Assembly (NCBI RefSeq): GCF_020885515.1
Contig: NZ_AP024987.1
Location: 1,410,001-1,442,000 of the forward strand
From: a cyanobacterium endosymbiont of Braarudosphaera bigelowii
Lineage (GTDB): Bacteria > Cyanobacteriota > Cyanobacteriia > Cyanobacteriales > Microcystaceae
Direction: 5' to 3'
DNA: 32,000 bases
Part shown: positions 19,548 to 30,266 of the stretch, piece after piece
Numbering within the stretch: position 1 is the stretch's first letter
How the letters are laid out: the number at the start of each line of letters is the position of its first letter
Made by a program: the position numbers and the translations under genes
Notes under the pieces: generated by a model
Told to the model about the DNA's origin: nothing
Seen by the model: the letters and a program-made list of their open reading frames with translations, nothing else
The model's database searches: none

Positions 19548-21620
19548 CTATTTAATGTATTCCTGATTTTTATGAATCTTATCATTTTTAATGTTAGTAT
19601 CCTTCAATATCTTTAAAAATTCTGCTTCATTTAACTGAATAATATTCAATTTTGCTCCCTCTGATAATTTAGATCCAGGATTATTACCTACTATAATATA
19701 ATTCGTCTTTTTAGTGACTGAATTAACTACTTTACCTCCTAATTCTTTAATTAAATCTTTAGCTTCATTTCTCTTTAAAGTATTTAGACTTCCGGTAATA
19801 ACAAAAGTCATATTTAAAAACTGATGTTTACTTAATTTAGATTCATCAAGCCCTGACTTTTTATCTTCTAAAACAAAACCAATATTGTTTAACTTATTTA
19901 TTAATTTCCCGTTTTCTTCAATTAAAAACCAATCTACAATTGATTGAGCAGCTTCTTTACCTATCCCTTTAATTGTCATCAAAGAATCATGAGAAGCCTT
20001 AGATAAATGTTTAACACTAGAAAAATTTTCTGTTAATAACATAGCTGTTGTATATCCTATATGGTGAATGCCCAGTCCATATAAAATTTGTGTCCAAGAC
20101 TTGTCTTTACTCCTCTCAATAGACTTGATTAGATTTTCTGCAGATTTTTTCCCCATCCGTTCTAAACTAGAAACTTTTTGGAAGTCTAAATAATATAAAT
20201 CTGAAATAGAATTCACCAAGTTAGTACTAATCAAAAGATCTATAATCTTTTCACCTAATCCACATATGTCTAAAGCGTCTCTTGAAGCCCAATGAACTAG
20301 AGTTCCTTTCAAAATTGCTGGACAACTATTATTAATGCAACGAATTACTACTTCATTTGAAAGGCTAGTAAGTATATGATTGCATCTAGTACATCGTTCA
20401 GGAATTTGAAAAGTTTTGATCTTAAAAGGACGTAATGTTTTTAATACCCGAACTACTTCTGGTATTATCTCACCAGCTTTACGTACGACGACTGTGTCTC
20501 CTATACAAATTCCTAATTGGGAGATACGTTCAATATTATGCAACGTAGCTTTACGAACTACTGTTCCACCCAGAAGAACTGGTTTCATTACTGCCATTGG
20601 AGTAACAGCTCCTGTTCTTCCTGTATTAAAAATGATATCTATAATTATTGTGGATACTTCTTCTGCAGGATACTTTAATGCAATTGCCCACCGAGGAAAC
20701 CTTTGTGTAAAGCCTAATTTGTGCTGTAAAGAGTAAGAATTGATTTTTACTACAATTCCGTCTGTCATGTAAGGTAAATGCTTTTTTGCACTTTTCCATT
20801 CATTAAAATAATTAGTTACTGTTTCGAGGGACTTACACAATCGATAATAGGGATTAACTAGAAATCCACATTTTTGTAGAAACTTCAAAGAATTCCATTG
20901 ATTTTCAATATTTAAATTATCAGCATACAAAGAATATGCAAAAAATTGCAGCCTCCTCTTACTTACAATTTTCGAATCTAATTGTCTTAGAGTTCCTGCT
21001 GCTGCATTTCTAGGGTTAGCAAATAAGATCTTTCCTTCTTTTTTCTTTTGTTCATTAATTCTTGTAAATTCATCGAAAGGTAGGAAGACTTCTCCATTTA
21101 TATTTAAAATATCAGGTGGATTATCTAAATTGAGACGTAATGGAATAGAAAAAATAGTACGAATATTTTGAGTAATATCTTCTCCTGTTACGCCATCTCC
21201 TCGTGTTAGACCACGTACTAGTAAACCATTCTTATATGTCAATGATATGGCTGAACCATCAATTTTTAGTTCTGCAACATATTCTATTGATTCGTTTGTT
21301 TGCAATCCTAAGTATTTTTGACAACGACTTTTCCAAGCCTCTAATTCATCTAAGTTGAAAGCATTTTCTAGACTATATAAAGTAATATTATGTTTGACGG
21401 AGGTAAAATGGAGAGCAGGTTTTTCTCCTACTCTTTGTGTAACACTGTTAGAGTTGCTAAAATTTGGATTTTCTTGTTCCAAAGTATATAATTTTCGATA
21501 TAGTTGATCATATACAGAGTCCTCCATTATGGATTCATTTAGAACGTGATAAGCGTAATTAGCCTGTTGCAGTTGTTTGCGAAGTTTTATAATTGTTTTT
21601 TGAATATTTGAATTATTCAT
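19548..21620 (-). CDS. ligA: NAD-dependent DNA ligase
   Basis: '[30 protein letters not shown]' (KxDG motif), zinc finger '[26 protein letters not shown]', HhH repeats, C-terminal BRCT. Track opens at 21689; the typical N-terminus begins at the Met at 21620. Confidence 0.96.
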   Translation of the reverse strand: MNNSNIQKTIIKLRKQLQQANYAYHVLNESIMEDSVYDQLYRKLYTLEQENPNFSNSNSVTQRVGEKPALHFTSVKHNITLYSLENAFNLDELEAWKSRCQKYLGLQTNESIEYVAELKIDGSAISLTYKNGLLVRGLTRGDGVTGEDITQNIRTIFSIPLRLNLDNPPDILNINGEVFLPFDEFTRINEQKKKEGKILFANPRNAAAGTLRQLDSKIVSKRRLQFFAYSLYADNLNIENQWNSLKFLQKCGFLVNPYYRLCKSLETVTNYFNEWKSAKKHLPYMTDGIVVKINSYSLQHKLGFTQRFPRWAIALKYPAEEVSTIIIDIIFNTGRTGAVTPMAVMKPVLLGGTVVRKATLHNIERISQLGICIGDTVVVRKAGEIIPEVVRVLKTLRPFKIKTFQIPERCTRCNHILTSLSNEVVIRCINNSCPAILKGTLVHWASRDALDICGLGEKIIDLLISTNLVNSISDLYYLDFQKVSSLERMGKKSAENLIKSIERSKDKSWTQILYGLGIHHIGYTTAMLLTENFSSVKHLSKASHDSLMTIKGIGKEAAQSIVDWFLIEENGKLINKLNNIGFVLEDKKSGLDESKLSKHQFLNMTFVITGSLNTLKRNEAKDLIKELGGKVVNSVTKKTNYIIVGNNPGSKLSEGAKLNIIQLNEAEFLKILKDTNIKNDKIHKNQEYIK

Positions 21621-21979
21621 TTTTCCATCCTTCAATGTAGTAACTGTTGTAACTGTGTTAAATAAATAACTTTCTACATATCTGAGCATATTAATAAATA
21701 TATATTTATTAAAGTTCTAAAGATCATTTACTAATACTAGAAATATCCCAAAAAATGTATTAGCCTTAATAAGTGTTATTGAAATACATTAGTTTTGGAT
21801 TCTAGCAATTTTTAGCCTGTAACGATTAATCAATCTTAATATTTTAAATGAGATAAAAATTATTTTTTTAGGAATTTATTTATAGTCATTTTGACACAAA
21901 ATATATAGGATATTATTAAAAAATATTTAATTTTTTATGTCACATTTAGAATTTTAATATTTAACATGAGTTAATAGCA

Positions 21980-23473
21980 ATGTTGAAGAAAGAAGTAGAA
22001 TTTAATAAAAAAAGAATTGGGACTTTTATTTTAGTCTTATCATTACTTTTTGCAGGAATTGGTAATAGATTTAAACAATTAATAAATTATTATTATCAAC
22101 AAGGGATATTAACTAGTGTTATAGGGAAAAATTCTCCTAATACTGTAAAGACTGTTATTTTAAAACCAAAAATAGTTAAAGTTTTTTCGGAATTTGTTGG
22201 AACTATAGAAGCCAAAAATATATTAACTCTTAAATCAGAGATTAATGGAAAAATAAAACAAATTTCAATTAAGGAAGGAGATTACATCAAAAAAAATCAT
22301 ATAATAATGCAGTTTGATTCTAGTAATTTACAAGCCAAATTACTAGAATCTCAAGCTAGATTAACTAATACAAAAGCTAGATTGTTGGAATTAAAAGCTG
22401 GAAATCGTATTGAAGATCTTGAAGAAGCAGAAGCTAGACTTAGAGGTGCACAAATCCGTTTAAATAATACAACTATAGGAGATAGTGTTGAAGAGATTGC
22501 TCAGGCTAGAGCTCATTTAAGGTCTTCAAAGGCCAGTCTTGAATTAGCTCAACAGCGAGTTACTCGCTACAAAACCCTTAAAGAGCAAGGAGTAATTTCT
22601 ATTGATGAATATCAGGAGCATATAACAATTCTACGTAGAGCAAGAGCTGATCTAGAGCAAACTAAGCGACGTTTATCTCAGCTTAAAAAAAGGCGTTTAG
22701 CTGATTTAGATGAATTAACTACCGTTGTAGAGATGGAAATACAAAACTTACAAAGATTAAAAACTGGTCCACGGCAAGAAGTTGTTACCCAAGCTAAAGC
22801 GGACGTTATAGAAGCAAGCGCACAGCTTCAAGTATCTAAAATTAATATTTCTCAAACTAGCGTAGTAGCACCTCTTGCTGGTGTTGTAGAAAATGTTTTT
22901 ACGAGAGTGAGTGATTATGTCAAGATAGGTGATCCTTTAATAAATTTAATAAATAATGATACTGTAAGCCTAAATTTAGCTATTCCACTAAAATATAATT
23001 CCCGATTAAATATAGGTTTACCTGTAGAAATCGTGGACAATTTAGGGAATACCCTTAGCAAAGGGGAAATTAGCTTCATATCTTCTAATATTATCAAAAG
23101 TTCGCAATCAATATTAATAAGAGTTGATTTTAATAAGCCAAATCAAGGACTTTTGAATGGTCAATTTGTCAAGGCGAGAGTAATTTGGCATAAAAAAAAT
23201 AGTTTATTAATTCCAGCCAACTCTGTATATGATATTGGAGAAGAAAAATTTGCCTTTATAGTCAAAAATGGTAGTTCACGAGAAAGAAATTTAACTAATA
23301 CAATAGCTAAGCGAGTCAAAGTTCAATTAAATAACTTGCAGGGCGATAGCTATCAAGTAATTAATGGCTTAAATATTGGTGATCAACTTATAATATCTAA
23401 AATTAGAAAATTAAAAGATGGAGAGCCTATTAAGCAACTAAATTCTTATGGGGAGAAAGCTGTTAATCATTGA
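21980..23473 (+). CDS. HlyD-family membrane fusion / periplasmic adaptor protein
   Basis: 497-aa ORF: N-terminal TM, 'KSEINGKIKQISIKEGDYIKKNHIIMQFDSSNLQAKLLESQARL' lipoyl-like half, long helical hairpin, 'TSVVAPLAGVVENVFTRVSDYVKIGDPLI' second lipoyl half. Confidence 0.9.
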   Translation: MLKKEVEFNKKRIGTFILVLSLLFAGIGNRFKQLINYYYQQGILTSVIGKNSPNTVKTVILKPKIVKVFSEFVGTIEAKNILTLKSEINGKIKQISIKEGDYIKKNHIIMQFDSSNLQAKLLESQARLTNTKARLLELKAGNRIEDLEEAEARLRGAQIRLNNTTIGDSVEEIAQARAHLRSSKASLELAQQRVTRYKTLKEQGVISIDEYQEHITILRRARADLEQTKRRLSQLKKRRLADLDELTTVVEMEIQNLQRLKTGPRQEVVTQAKADVIEASAQLQVSKINISQTSVVAPLAGVVENVFTRVSDYVKIGDPLINLINNDTVSLNLAIPLKYNSRLNIGLPVEIVDNLGNTLSKGEISFISSNIIKSSQSILIRVDFNKPNQGLLNGQFVKARVIWHKKNSLLIPANSVYDIGEEKFAFIVKNGSSRERNLTNTIAKRVKVQLNNLQGDSYQVINGLNIGDQLIISKIRKLKDGEPIKQLNSYGEKAVNH

Positions 23474-23525
23474 ACAAGTAAATCAAGTCTATATAAATTC
23501 TATTGTCATTATTCAATACATTTTT

Positions 23526-24224
23526 TTATTGAGTTAATCCATGCTTTAAGGCAAAACGTACTAATTCTGTACGACTATTTGTTTCCGTTTTGCCAAACAA
23601 GCGACTTACATACTTTTCTACATTTCTAACACTTGTATTTAAGCGAGCTGCAATTTCTTTATTCATAAGGCCCTCTGCAACTAGGTCTAAAACACTCTTT
23701 TCTCTTGGAGTTAAATCAATTTTAATGTGTGGTGGTATTACCGTTAAATGAGTTTTTTGTTGTCCTAACTGTTCTTTTAATCCTTTAATTTCTTGGGCTA
23801 TCTCTTCTAGTTTTATAGAATCACTACCAATTTTCCCATTAATTTTACGACGCTCTAGAAAGCTTTTTACAATAGCCTCTAATTCTTCAGGATCAAATGG
23901 TTTGGGTAAATATACGTCGCAACCAGCATTGTAACCTTTAATACGGTCAGCAGTCATGCCTCTAGCAGTAAGAAAAATTAGAGGAATAGTTTGCAAGCGA
24001 ATGTTATGACGTATCTTCTCTAAAAATTGATATCCATCTATCTCTGGCATCATAACATCAGAGATAATAATATCAGGAACCATAATCTCTAGAAGTTTCC
24101 AGGCTTCCTTTGCATTATTGGCAATTTTTACTGTTAATTTACCATCATATTCTAAGTATGTTTGTACGGATTCACATATACTTGGTTCATCATCAACTAA
24201 TAAAATTATAGGAGAATTACTCAT
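23526..24224 (-). CDS. Response regulator with LuxR/NarL-type HTH (Ycf29-like)
   Basis: Receiver domain 'ILLVDDEPSICESVQ...DIIISDVMMPEIDGYQFL...IFLTARG...YLPKPFDPEEL' plus 'LTPREKSVLDLVAEGLMNKEIAARLNTSVRNVEKYVSRLFGKT'. Confidence 0.93.
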   Translation of the reverse strand: MSNSPIILLVDDEPSICESVQTYLEYDGKLTVKIANNAKEAWKLLEIMVPDIIISDVMMPEIDGYQFLEKIRHNIRLQTIPLIFLTARGMTADRIKGYNAGCDVYLPKPFDPEELEAIVKSFLERRKINGKIGSDSIKLEEIAQEIKGLKEQLGQQKTHLTVIPPHIKIDLTPREKSVLDLVAEGLMNKEIAARLNTSVRNVEKYVSRLFGKTETNSRTELVRFALKHGLTQ

Positions 24225-24256
24225 GATTTATATTTTAACTAATGCTATTAACAATT

Positions 24257-24613
24257 TTAATTCGAATGTTTATCTATAGAAATTACCTCGACTTCAACCG
24301 TTTCGTTTTCTGATGATTCTTTTTCCATAACTTGAGTAGAACCTCTCCTTTCTTCAAATATTACTTTAATAAGCTCTGTTATTAATAGACTTAGAATAAC
24401 AAAATCGTCTATTTGTCCTATTATAGGAAAAAAATCCGGGGAGAAATCTAAAGGGCTTATAAAATAAATTAAAGTACCTAAAACTATCCACCAGCGATAT
24501 TTAGTACTACGAATTAGAGATCTATAATAATCGTAGATAGAGTGTAAAGAAAATTTCATTGCATTAACCGTATTTAATATTTCAATCCTAATTGAGGATA
24601 TAGTTATATGCAC
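24257..24613 (-). CDS. YkvA/DUF1232-family membrane protein
   Basis: 118-aa ORF; 'WWIVLGTLIYFISPLDFSPDFFPIIGQIDDFVILSLLI' is the DUF1232 signature. Confidence 0.88.
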   Translation of the reverse strand: MHITISSIRIEILNTVNAMKFSLHSIYDYYRSLIRSTKYRWWIVLGTLIYFISPLDFSPDFFPIIGQIDDFVILSLLITELIKVIFEERRGSTQVMEKESSENETVEVEVISIDKHSN

Positions 24614-24747
24614 TTATGTGACTTAAGTATTTATATCAAGTATTTTAAATATATAAGATATTAATTCTTAATATGAGAATTATCAAACAATTTTTGTTTA
24701 ATCGTTGATAATTTTCTTTATTTAATATTAATTTTTATGGCTAATTA

Positions 24748-25779
24748 CTATGATCTTTGTAGAGATTTATCTTTTAGAAGACCAGTAAGCAAAGATGCAG
24801 GTGGTTTTTTGTAAGGCCAAGCAAAAGCATGTTGAAAAGCAAAATTTTGACAAGCTTGTAATTGATGAAAATCAATTACATCTTGAGTTAAAAGATTTTC
24901 GAATTCGAAAGGCAAACGTACATTATGTAGCCCTGCATTATCTGTACAGATTGCTATATGTACTCCTGCTTCAAAACAACGATCAAAAACAGTCTTTAAT
25001 TCGTATAAATTTTCTAAATTTCCTGTTTTTAAATATGTCGTAGGACAGATCTCTAAACATTGGTTAGAACGTGCAATTGTAGGCAATAATTCTGGAAACT
25101 TTAAGGGTATTTGAATACCATGACCAATCCTCATCAAATATGGAAGAAGTTCAGGATAACAACCGTCGGAAGTTTCGTAAAGATGACCAGTCGTGTTTAA
25201 TCCCATTGACCTCGCATATTTATATAAATCTATGAATTCATCTAATCTTTCACCATAATGAGAGTCTCCTCCTGCAACATCGATAGCGCAAACATAATTT
25301 TTCATCTGAGCAGCTAAATCTACTATAGCCTTATTAACCTCATAAGGTAAACGAGAATGCATACAAAGAATTTGACTTATTACGATAGGGTACTCTTTTA
25401 CTTGACTAGCTTTACCAACTATTTTAACGATACTAGTCATAGCATCAATTCTCTCTGACTGTTCAAGATACTGAGGGGTACGAAGATATGGAGTATATCT
25501 TAATTCCAAATATGCTAAATGTTCAAATATATAAGCCCCACGAATTAAGCGATAGATAAAGTAAGGAAGTGTTTGTTCTGTCTGAACGTTTTCCACTAAA
25601 GTATGTAATTCTAAATACTCATCTAATGTTTTACGCTTGCGTGTGTAAAACTCTTCAAAAACTGGATATTGAGGAAATCTTTGTGCCATTTTAGGGTCAT
25701 GGCGTTTAAAATATCTCCAAAGAATACGGGGAACTACTGATCCTCCTAAATGGCGATGTAAATCTGCATATAGTGCCAT
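24748..25779 (-). CDS. Adenosine-deaminase-family amidohydrolase
   Basis: 'DLHRHLGGSV' metal-binding start, 'AIDVAGGDSHY', 'GHLYE', 'RIGHGIQIP', 'LEICPTTYLKTG', 'ICTDNAGLHN' follow ADA-family motifs. Met at 25779 preferred over the track start. Confidence 0.87.
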   Translation of the reverse strand: MALYADLHRHLGGSVVPRILWRYFKRHDPKMAQRFPQYPVFEEFYTRKRKTLDEYLELHTLVENVQTEQTLPYFIYRLIRGAYIFEHLAYLELRYTPYLRTPQYLEQSERIDAMTSIVKIVGKASQVKEYPIVISQILCMHSRLPYEVNKAIVDLAAQMKNYVCAIDVAGGDSHYGERLDEFIDLYKYARSMGLNTTGHLYETSDGCYPELLPYLMRIGHGIQIPLKFPELLPTIARSNQCLEICPTTYLKTGNLENLYELKTVFDRCFEAGVHIAICTDNAGLHNVRLPFEFENLLTQDVIDFHQLQACQNFAFQHAFAWPYKKPPASLLTGLLKDKSLQRS

Positions 25780-26005
25780 AAAAATCTCCAAAGAATATAT
25801 ATTATGTTTTATCTTAAAACTATTAAGATAAAGAATATTTTAAAATAATTCCACTAAAGAATAATGTCTGATCGTAACAATGGCTTAAATGGTAAGAAAG
25901 TTCTATTTAGAATAGTCCTATAGTTATTAAAATTTAACTAGAGCATATAAGATTTTTAACAATTAATTTAATCAATGGTTAGTAAAAAATAATAAACTTT
26001 AATAA

Positions 26006-26037
26006 AAAGCGGTAGAAGTATATACTTCTACCGCTTT
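26006..26037. terminator. Hairpin terminator downstream of clpC
   Basis: Near-complete palindrome AAAGCGGTAGAAGTA-TA-TACTTCTACCGCTTT, 22 nt past the clpC stop on the minus strand. Confidence 0.8.
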
Positions 26038-26058
26038 AAGAGTATCAAATTGTTACTT

Positions 26059-28536
26059 TTAAGAATCAGATGTTGGAGTTAAGATAAAACTTGACTGTTC
26101 ATCCTCTGTAACAACAACTTTAACCTGTCCTTGTTCATCAATATCTACTTCTGCAACATCCCCTTCTCTAACTTTTCCTGAAAGAATTTCTTCAGCCAAA
26201 ATATCTTCAAGAAGACGCATAATAGCACGACGTAGTGGTCTTGCACCATAAGAAGGATTATAGCCTTCTTCAACTAGACGTTCTTTAAACTTGTCAGTAA
26301 CTCGAAGTGTAATTTCTTTTTCTGTTAACCGAGCAAATACTTCCTTGAGAAGAATTTCAGAAATTTCTTTAACTTCCTCTTTATTTAGTTGACGGAAAAC
26401 AATAATTTCATCTAATCTATTAAGAAATTCTGGGCGGAAATATTCTTTTAATTCCTCATTAACTAAAGAACGAATTCTATTATATTGCGCATCTGCTTGA
26501 TTATTTTCAAATTCGAAACCTAATCCACCACCACCTTTCTCAATAACTTTTGACCCTATATTAGAAGTCATGATTAACAAAGTATTTTTAAAATCTACCG
26601 TACGTCCTTTCGCATCGGTCAAACGACCATCTTCTAATATTTGTAACAACATATTGAAGATGTCTGGATGTGCTTTTTCAATCTCATCAAATAAGATTAC
26701 TGTATAAGGACGACGACGTACTGCCTCCGTTAATTGCCCTCCTTCGTTATAACCAACATATCCAGGTGGAGATCCAATTAGTTTAGATACAGTATGACGT
26801 TCCATATACTCAGACATGTCTAGACGAACCATTGCTTCTTCTGAACCAAAGAAATAAGCTGCTAATGCTTTTGTGAGTTCAGTTTTTCCGACACCTGTAG
26901 GACCAGAAAATATAAAACTAGCAATAGGACGATTAGGATTTTTAAGTCCAACTCTTGCACGACGTATAGCTCTTGAAACAGCTTTAACAGCATCTTCTTG
27001 ACCAATAAGTCTTTGATGTAAAGTTGTTTCCATATTTAGAAGCTTTTCAGATTCAGTCTCTGTAAGTTTATTTACAGGTACTCCCGTCCAAGAAGCAACA
27101 ATATGAGCTATTTCTTCTGAGTCTACAAAAGGTTCATCATTTTCTCCTTCTCCTTTTTTGGTAGAAGAAATTGAACGAATTTTTGCCTTAATCTCCATTT
27201 CTTGGTCTCGTAGTTGTCCTGCACGATTAAAATCTTGCGAACGAACTGCATCATCCTTCTGCTTTAGTATAGTGCGTAATTCTTTGTCTAATTCTTTAGC
27301 TTCAGGAGGAAGTTGAGAATTAGTCAAACGTACTCTAGAACCTGCTTCATCTATGAGATCGATGGCTTTATCCGGAAGAAAGCGATCAGAAATATAACGA
27401 TCCGATAATTTAGCAGCTGCTTCTAATGCCTCGTCTAAAATTTTAAGCTTATGATGCTGCTCATAACGTTCTCTTAGACCATAAAGAATCTGAATGGTCT
27501 CTTCTACAGTTGGTTCTCCTACCATTACTGGTTGAAAACGTCTCTCTAAAGCAGCATCTTTTTCGATATGTTTACGATATTCATCAAGAGTAGTTGCTCC
27601 AATACATTGAAGCTCCCCTCTTGCTAAAGCTGGTTTAAGAATATTAGCTGCATCAATAGCCCCTTCAGCAGCGCCTGCGCCAATAAGCGTATGAACTTCA
27701 TCAATAACTAGGATTATGTTCTCTGTTTGACGAATTTCCTCCATAATTTTTTTGAGGCGTTCTTCAAATTCTCCTCGATACTTCGTCCCCGCTACTAACA
27801 AACCTATATCAAGAGTCACAACTCTTTTATCTTCAAGAATATCAGGAATGTCTTGGTTAGCAATACGTTGGGCAAGTCCCTCAGCAATGGCTGTTTTACC
27901 GACACCTGGCTCCCCAATAAGAACTGGATTGTTTTTAGTACGACGACCAAGAATTTGAATTACTCGTTCAATTTCTTTTTGTCTACCAACGACTGGATCA
28001 AGTTGTCCATCTGTAGCCAATTGAGTCAAATTCGAACCAAACTCATCGAGAGTAGGAGTTTTAGTCCTACCAGGTGCTACTCCTCCTGCAGCAACTTCTG
28101 CAGTCTCTCCCAATTGACGAATAACTTGAGTTCTTACTTTAGAGAGATCTACACCAAGATTTTCAAGGACTCTTGCTGCAACTCCTTCTCCTTCTCTAAT
28201 TAATCCTAATAGAAGATGTTCTGTTCCAATGTAATTGTGTCCTAGTTGTCTGGCCTCTTCTAAAGAGAGTTCTAGAACTCTTTTTGCTCTTGGGGTAAAA
28301 GGAATTTCAACAGCGACGAACCCCGAACCTCGTCCAATAATTTTCTCAACTTCAATACGAGCATCTTTAAGATTAACTCCCATAGATTTAAGAACTTTGG
28401 CTGCGACTCCAGTTCCTTCGCCAATTAGCCCTAGAAGAATTTGCTCTGTCCCGACAAAGTTATGACCAAGACGGCGAGCTTCTTCCTGGGCAAGCATAAT
28501 TACCTTAATGGCTTTCTCTGTAAAGCGTTCAAACAT
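26059..28536 (-). CDS. clpC: ATP-dependent Clp protease ATP-binding subunit ClpC
   Basis: 825-aa ORF; N-terminal Clp repeats, Walker A '[13 protein letters not shown]' and '[14 protein letters not shown]', UVR-type '[14 protein letters not shown]', '[17 protein letters not shown]'. Confidence 0.98.
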   Translation of the reverse strand: MFERFTEKAIKVIMLAQEEARRLGHNFVGTEQILLGLIGEGTGVAAKVLKSMGVNLKDARIEVEKIIGRGSGFVAVEIPFTPRAKRVLELSLEEARQLGHNYIGTEHLLLGLIREGEGVAARVLENLGVDLSKVRTQVIRQLGETAEVAAGGVAPGRTKTPTLDEFGSNLTQLATDGQLDPVVGRQKEIERVIQILGRRTKNNPVLIGEPGVGKTAIAEGLAQRIANQDIPDILEDKRVVTLDIGLLVAGTKYRGEFEERLKKIMEEIRQTENIILVIDEVHTLIGAGAAEGAIDAANILKPALARGELQCIGATTLDEYRKHIEKDAALERRFQPVMVGEPTVEETIQILYGLRERYEQHHKLKILDEALEAAAKLSDRYISDRFLPDKAIDLIDEAGSRVRLTNSQLPPEAKELDKELRTILKQKDDAVRSQDFNRAGQLRDQEMEIKAKIRSISSTKKGEGENDEPFVDSEEIAHIVASWTGVPVNKLTETESEKLLNMETTLHQRLIGQEDAVKAVSRAIRRARVGLKNPNRPIASFIFSGPTGVGKTELTKALAAYFFGSEEAMVRLDMSEYMERHTVSKLIGSPPGYVGYNEGGQLTEAVRRRPYTVILFDEIEKAHPDIFNMLLQILEDGRLTDAKGRTVDFKNTLLIMTSNIGSKVIEKGGGGLGFEFENNQADAQYNRIRSLVNEELKEYFRPEFLNRLDEIIVFRQLNKEEVKEISEILLKEVFARLTEKEITLRVTDKFKERLVEEGYNPSYGARPLRRAIMRLLEDILAEEILSGKVREGDVAEVDIDEQGQVKVVVTEDEQSSFILTPTSDS

Positions 28537-29125
28537 TTTATTTGTCCATCATCTGCTGCTTTCTCTTGTAAATTGATCTTAGCACAGCTTTCTATCTCTA
28601 CTACTCATGTAAAGACTTAGAGTATTACTATTATATAAAGTTTTTATTCTTCTCTAATGCTATTAGCCTTTGTATGATTACAATGTAGAGTTTAATCATA
28701 TTTTGACTAAATTCCATATTTTTATTTTATTTATTTAAAATATTAAAAATATCTAAATTTAGTATGTGTTTTCATGTATTGGTACTAAAACTAATAAGTT
28801 GACCAATGCGGAAAACTATGGAGATTACAAGGTGATTTTATTCAATACTTTTTTAATAATAAATTTATATTTTCTTTATCATGATTAGTAAATCAAAACA
28901 CAGTAACAGTTAATCGTTATTGTATTAAGCTTAAAATAATTAAGTTCTCTTAATGTAAGACAAAATTTTTTCAACTAACATAAAGCCTTCTTATGAGTTT
29001 ATCAAATACAAGATTAATTCATTAAAAATATTAATAATTTTCTTGTTTTTTAGATTAAGTTAAAAATCATAGCTTTTATAACTATTTCAAGAATACATAC
29101 GCTTAGAAACTATTCAGTTTAATTC

Positions 29126-30046
29126 TTATTCAAAATAATTAATTCTTGCCCCGCAATTATCTATAGACAGTAATTTCGTTTCTGAGGTCACTGCCTGAGT
29201 TAACCATGCTTCTTTTGTTGCACATTCAATACTACTAATATTTTCGAAACTAGTTAAAACTAATAAAGTAGGACCAGCACCACTAATTACTACGCCATAT
29301 GCTCCTGCTCTGATAGCAGCTTGTCTAACAATGTCATAACCTTTAATTAAGTTTTGACGATATGGTTGATGAAGCTTATCTTGTAACGCACTAGATAGCC
29401 ATTTCCCATTACCTATTTCTAAAGATTTAATAAGTAATCCCATATGAGCAATATTAAAAATTGCATCATCTATAGATACTGTTTTTGGTATAACGGATCT
29501 TGCTTTTTCAGTTAGTAGTTCAAAGTCAGGAATAACAATGAGAGGAATAATAGATGAATGCCAATTAATCGGGTATGCTTCCCAGTCAATACCTTGTTTA
29601 ATAGATAGTTGACATTTTCCAAATAAAGCAGGTACAACATTATCAGGATGACCCTCTAGCTTTATCGCTAAATTCATTAGCTCAAGCTTTGATAAGGGTT
29701 GACCTGCCAATTCATTAGCCCCAATCAGACCACCTATAATCGCCGTAGCAGAACTTCCCAGACCTCTAGATAAAGGTATTCCTAGCTTAATCTTAATTGA
29801 AATTTTTGGGGGTATTTCTCCTATGTGACGGTATAAGTATGTGAATGCTTTATAAACTAAATTGTTATAATCACATTTAACTTTACTAGCTTCTCTTCCT
29901 ATTACATTGATATTTAATTGAGATTCATCTTTCTCCCGTTTAGCAAAATAAAATTGATTGTACATAGTTAGAGCAGAACCTATACAATCAAATGCTGGAC
30001 CGATGTTTGCTGTCGTTGCGGGCACAATAACACTAATAGTAGACAT
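29126..30046 (-). CDS. thrB: Homoserine kinase
   Basis: 'ISVIVPATTANIGPAFDCIGSALTMYN', 'IPLSRGLGSSATAIIGGLIGANEL', 'GHPDNVVPALFGG'-like, 'GVVISGAGPTLLVL'. Met at 30046 preferred over 30100. Confidence 0.95.
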   Translation of the reverse strand: MSTISVIVPATTANIGPAFDCIGSALTMYNQFYFAKREKDESQLNINVIGREASKVKCDYNNLVYKAFTYLYRHIGEIPPKISIKIKLGIPLSRGLGSSATAIIGGLIGANELAGQPLSKLELMNLAIKLEGHPDNVVPALFGKCQLSIKQGIDWEAYPINWHSSIIPLIVIPDFELLTEKARSVIPKTVSIDDAIFNIAHMGLLIKSLEIGNGKWLSSALQDKLHQPYRQNLIKGYDIVRQAAIRAGAYGVVISGAGPTLLVLTSFENISSIECATKEAWLTQAVTSETKLLSIDNCGARINYFE

Positions 30047-30266
30047 AGTAAACTTATTGTATAAAAGTCTCTGTATAACTAATTTTTTCTTACGCACCAA
30101 ATATGTACAATATTTAGTATATAGAAATTCAAAAATAAAAAGCTACTACTTCTAATTGTTTTTATAGTTCTCTAAAATTAAGAACTATGAAAGACAAATG
30201 TAATTAACAATAGATTTTTTATTCAAGATAAAAATTTCTTGATTTAAAAGACTATTTTATTAATAT

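Noticed and set aside
20416-20736. 106-aa plus-strand ORF inside ligA
   Set aside because: Antisense shadow of the ligA adenylation/OB region; no independent support.
22915-23097. 60-aa minus-strand ORF inside the HlyD-type gene
   Set aside because: Antisense shadow of a well-supported gene.
23526-24613. Response regulator plus YkvA gene as a new signalling system
   Set aside because: Both are common stand-alone cyanobacterial families; same-strand adjacency alone is not evidence of a system.
24795-25043. 82-aa plus-strand ORF inside the ADA-family gene
   Set aside because: Antisense to conserved deaminase motifs; no independent evidence.
27752-28465. Three plus-strand ORFs (27752-27958, 27853-28203, 28235-28465) inside clpC
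   Set aside because: They lie antisense to strongly supported clpC coding sequence, have no family motifs and are typical shadow ORFs of conserved coding.
29958-30155. 65-aa plus-strand ORF over the thrB start
   Set aside because: Antisense to the conserved ThrB N-terminus and the AT-rich intergenic region.
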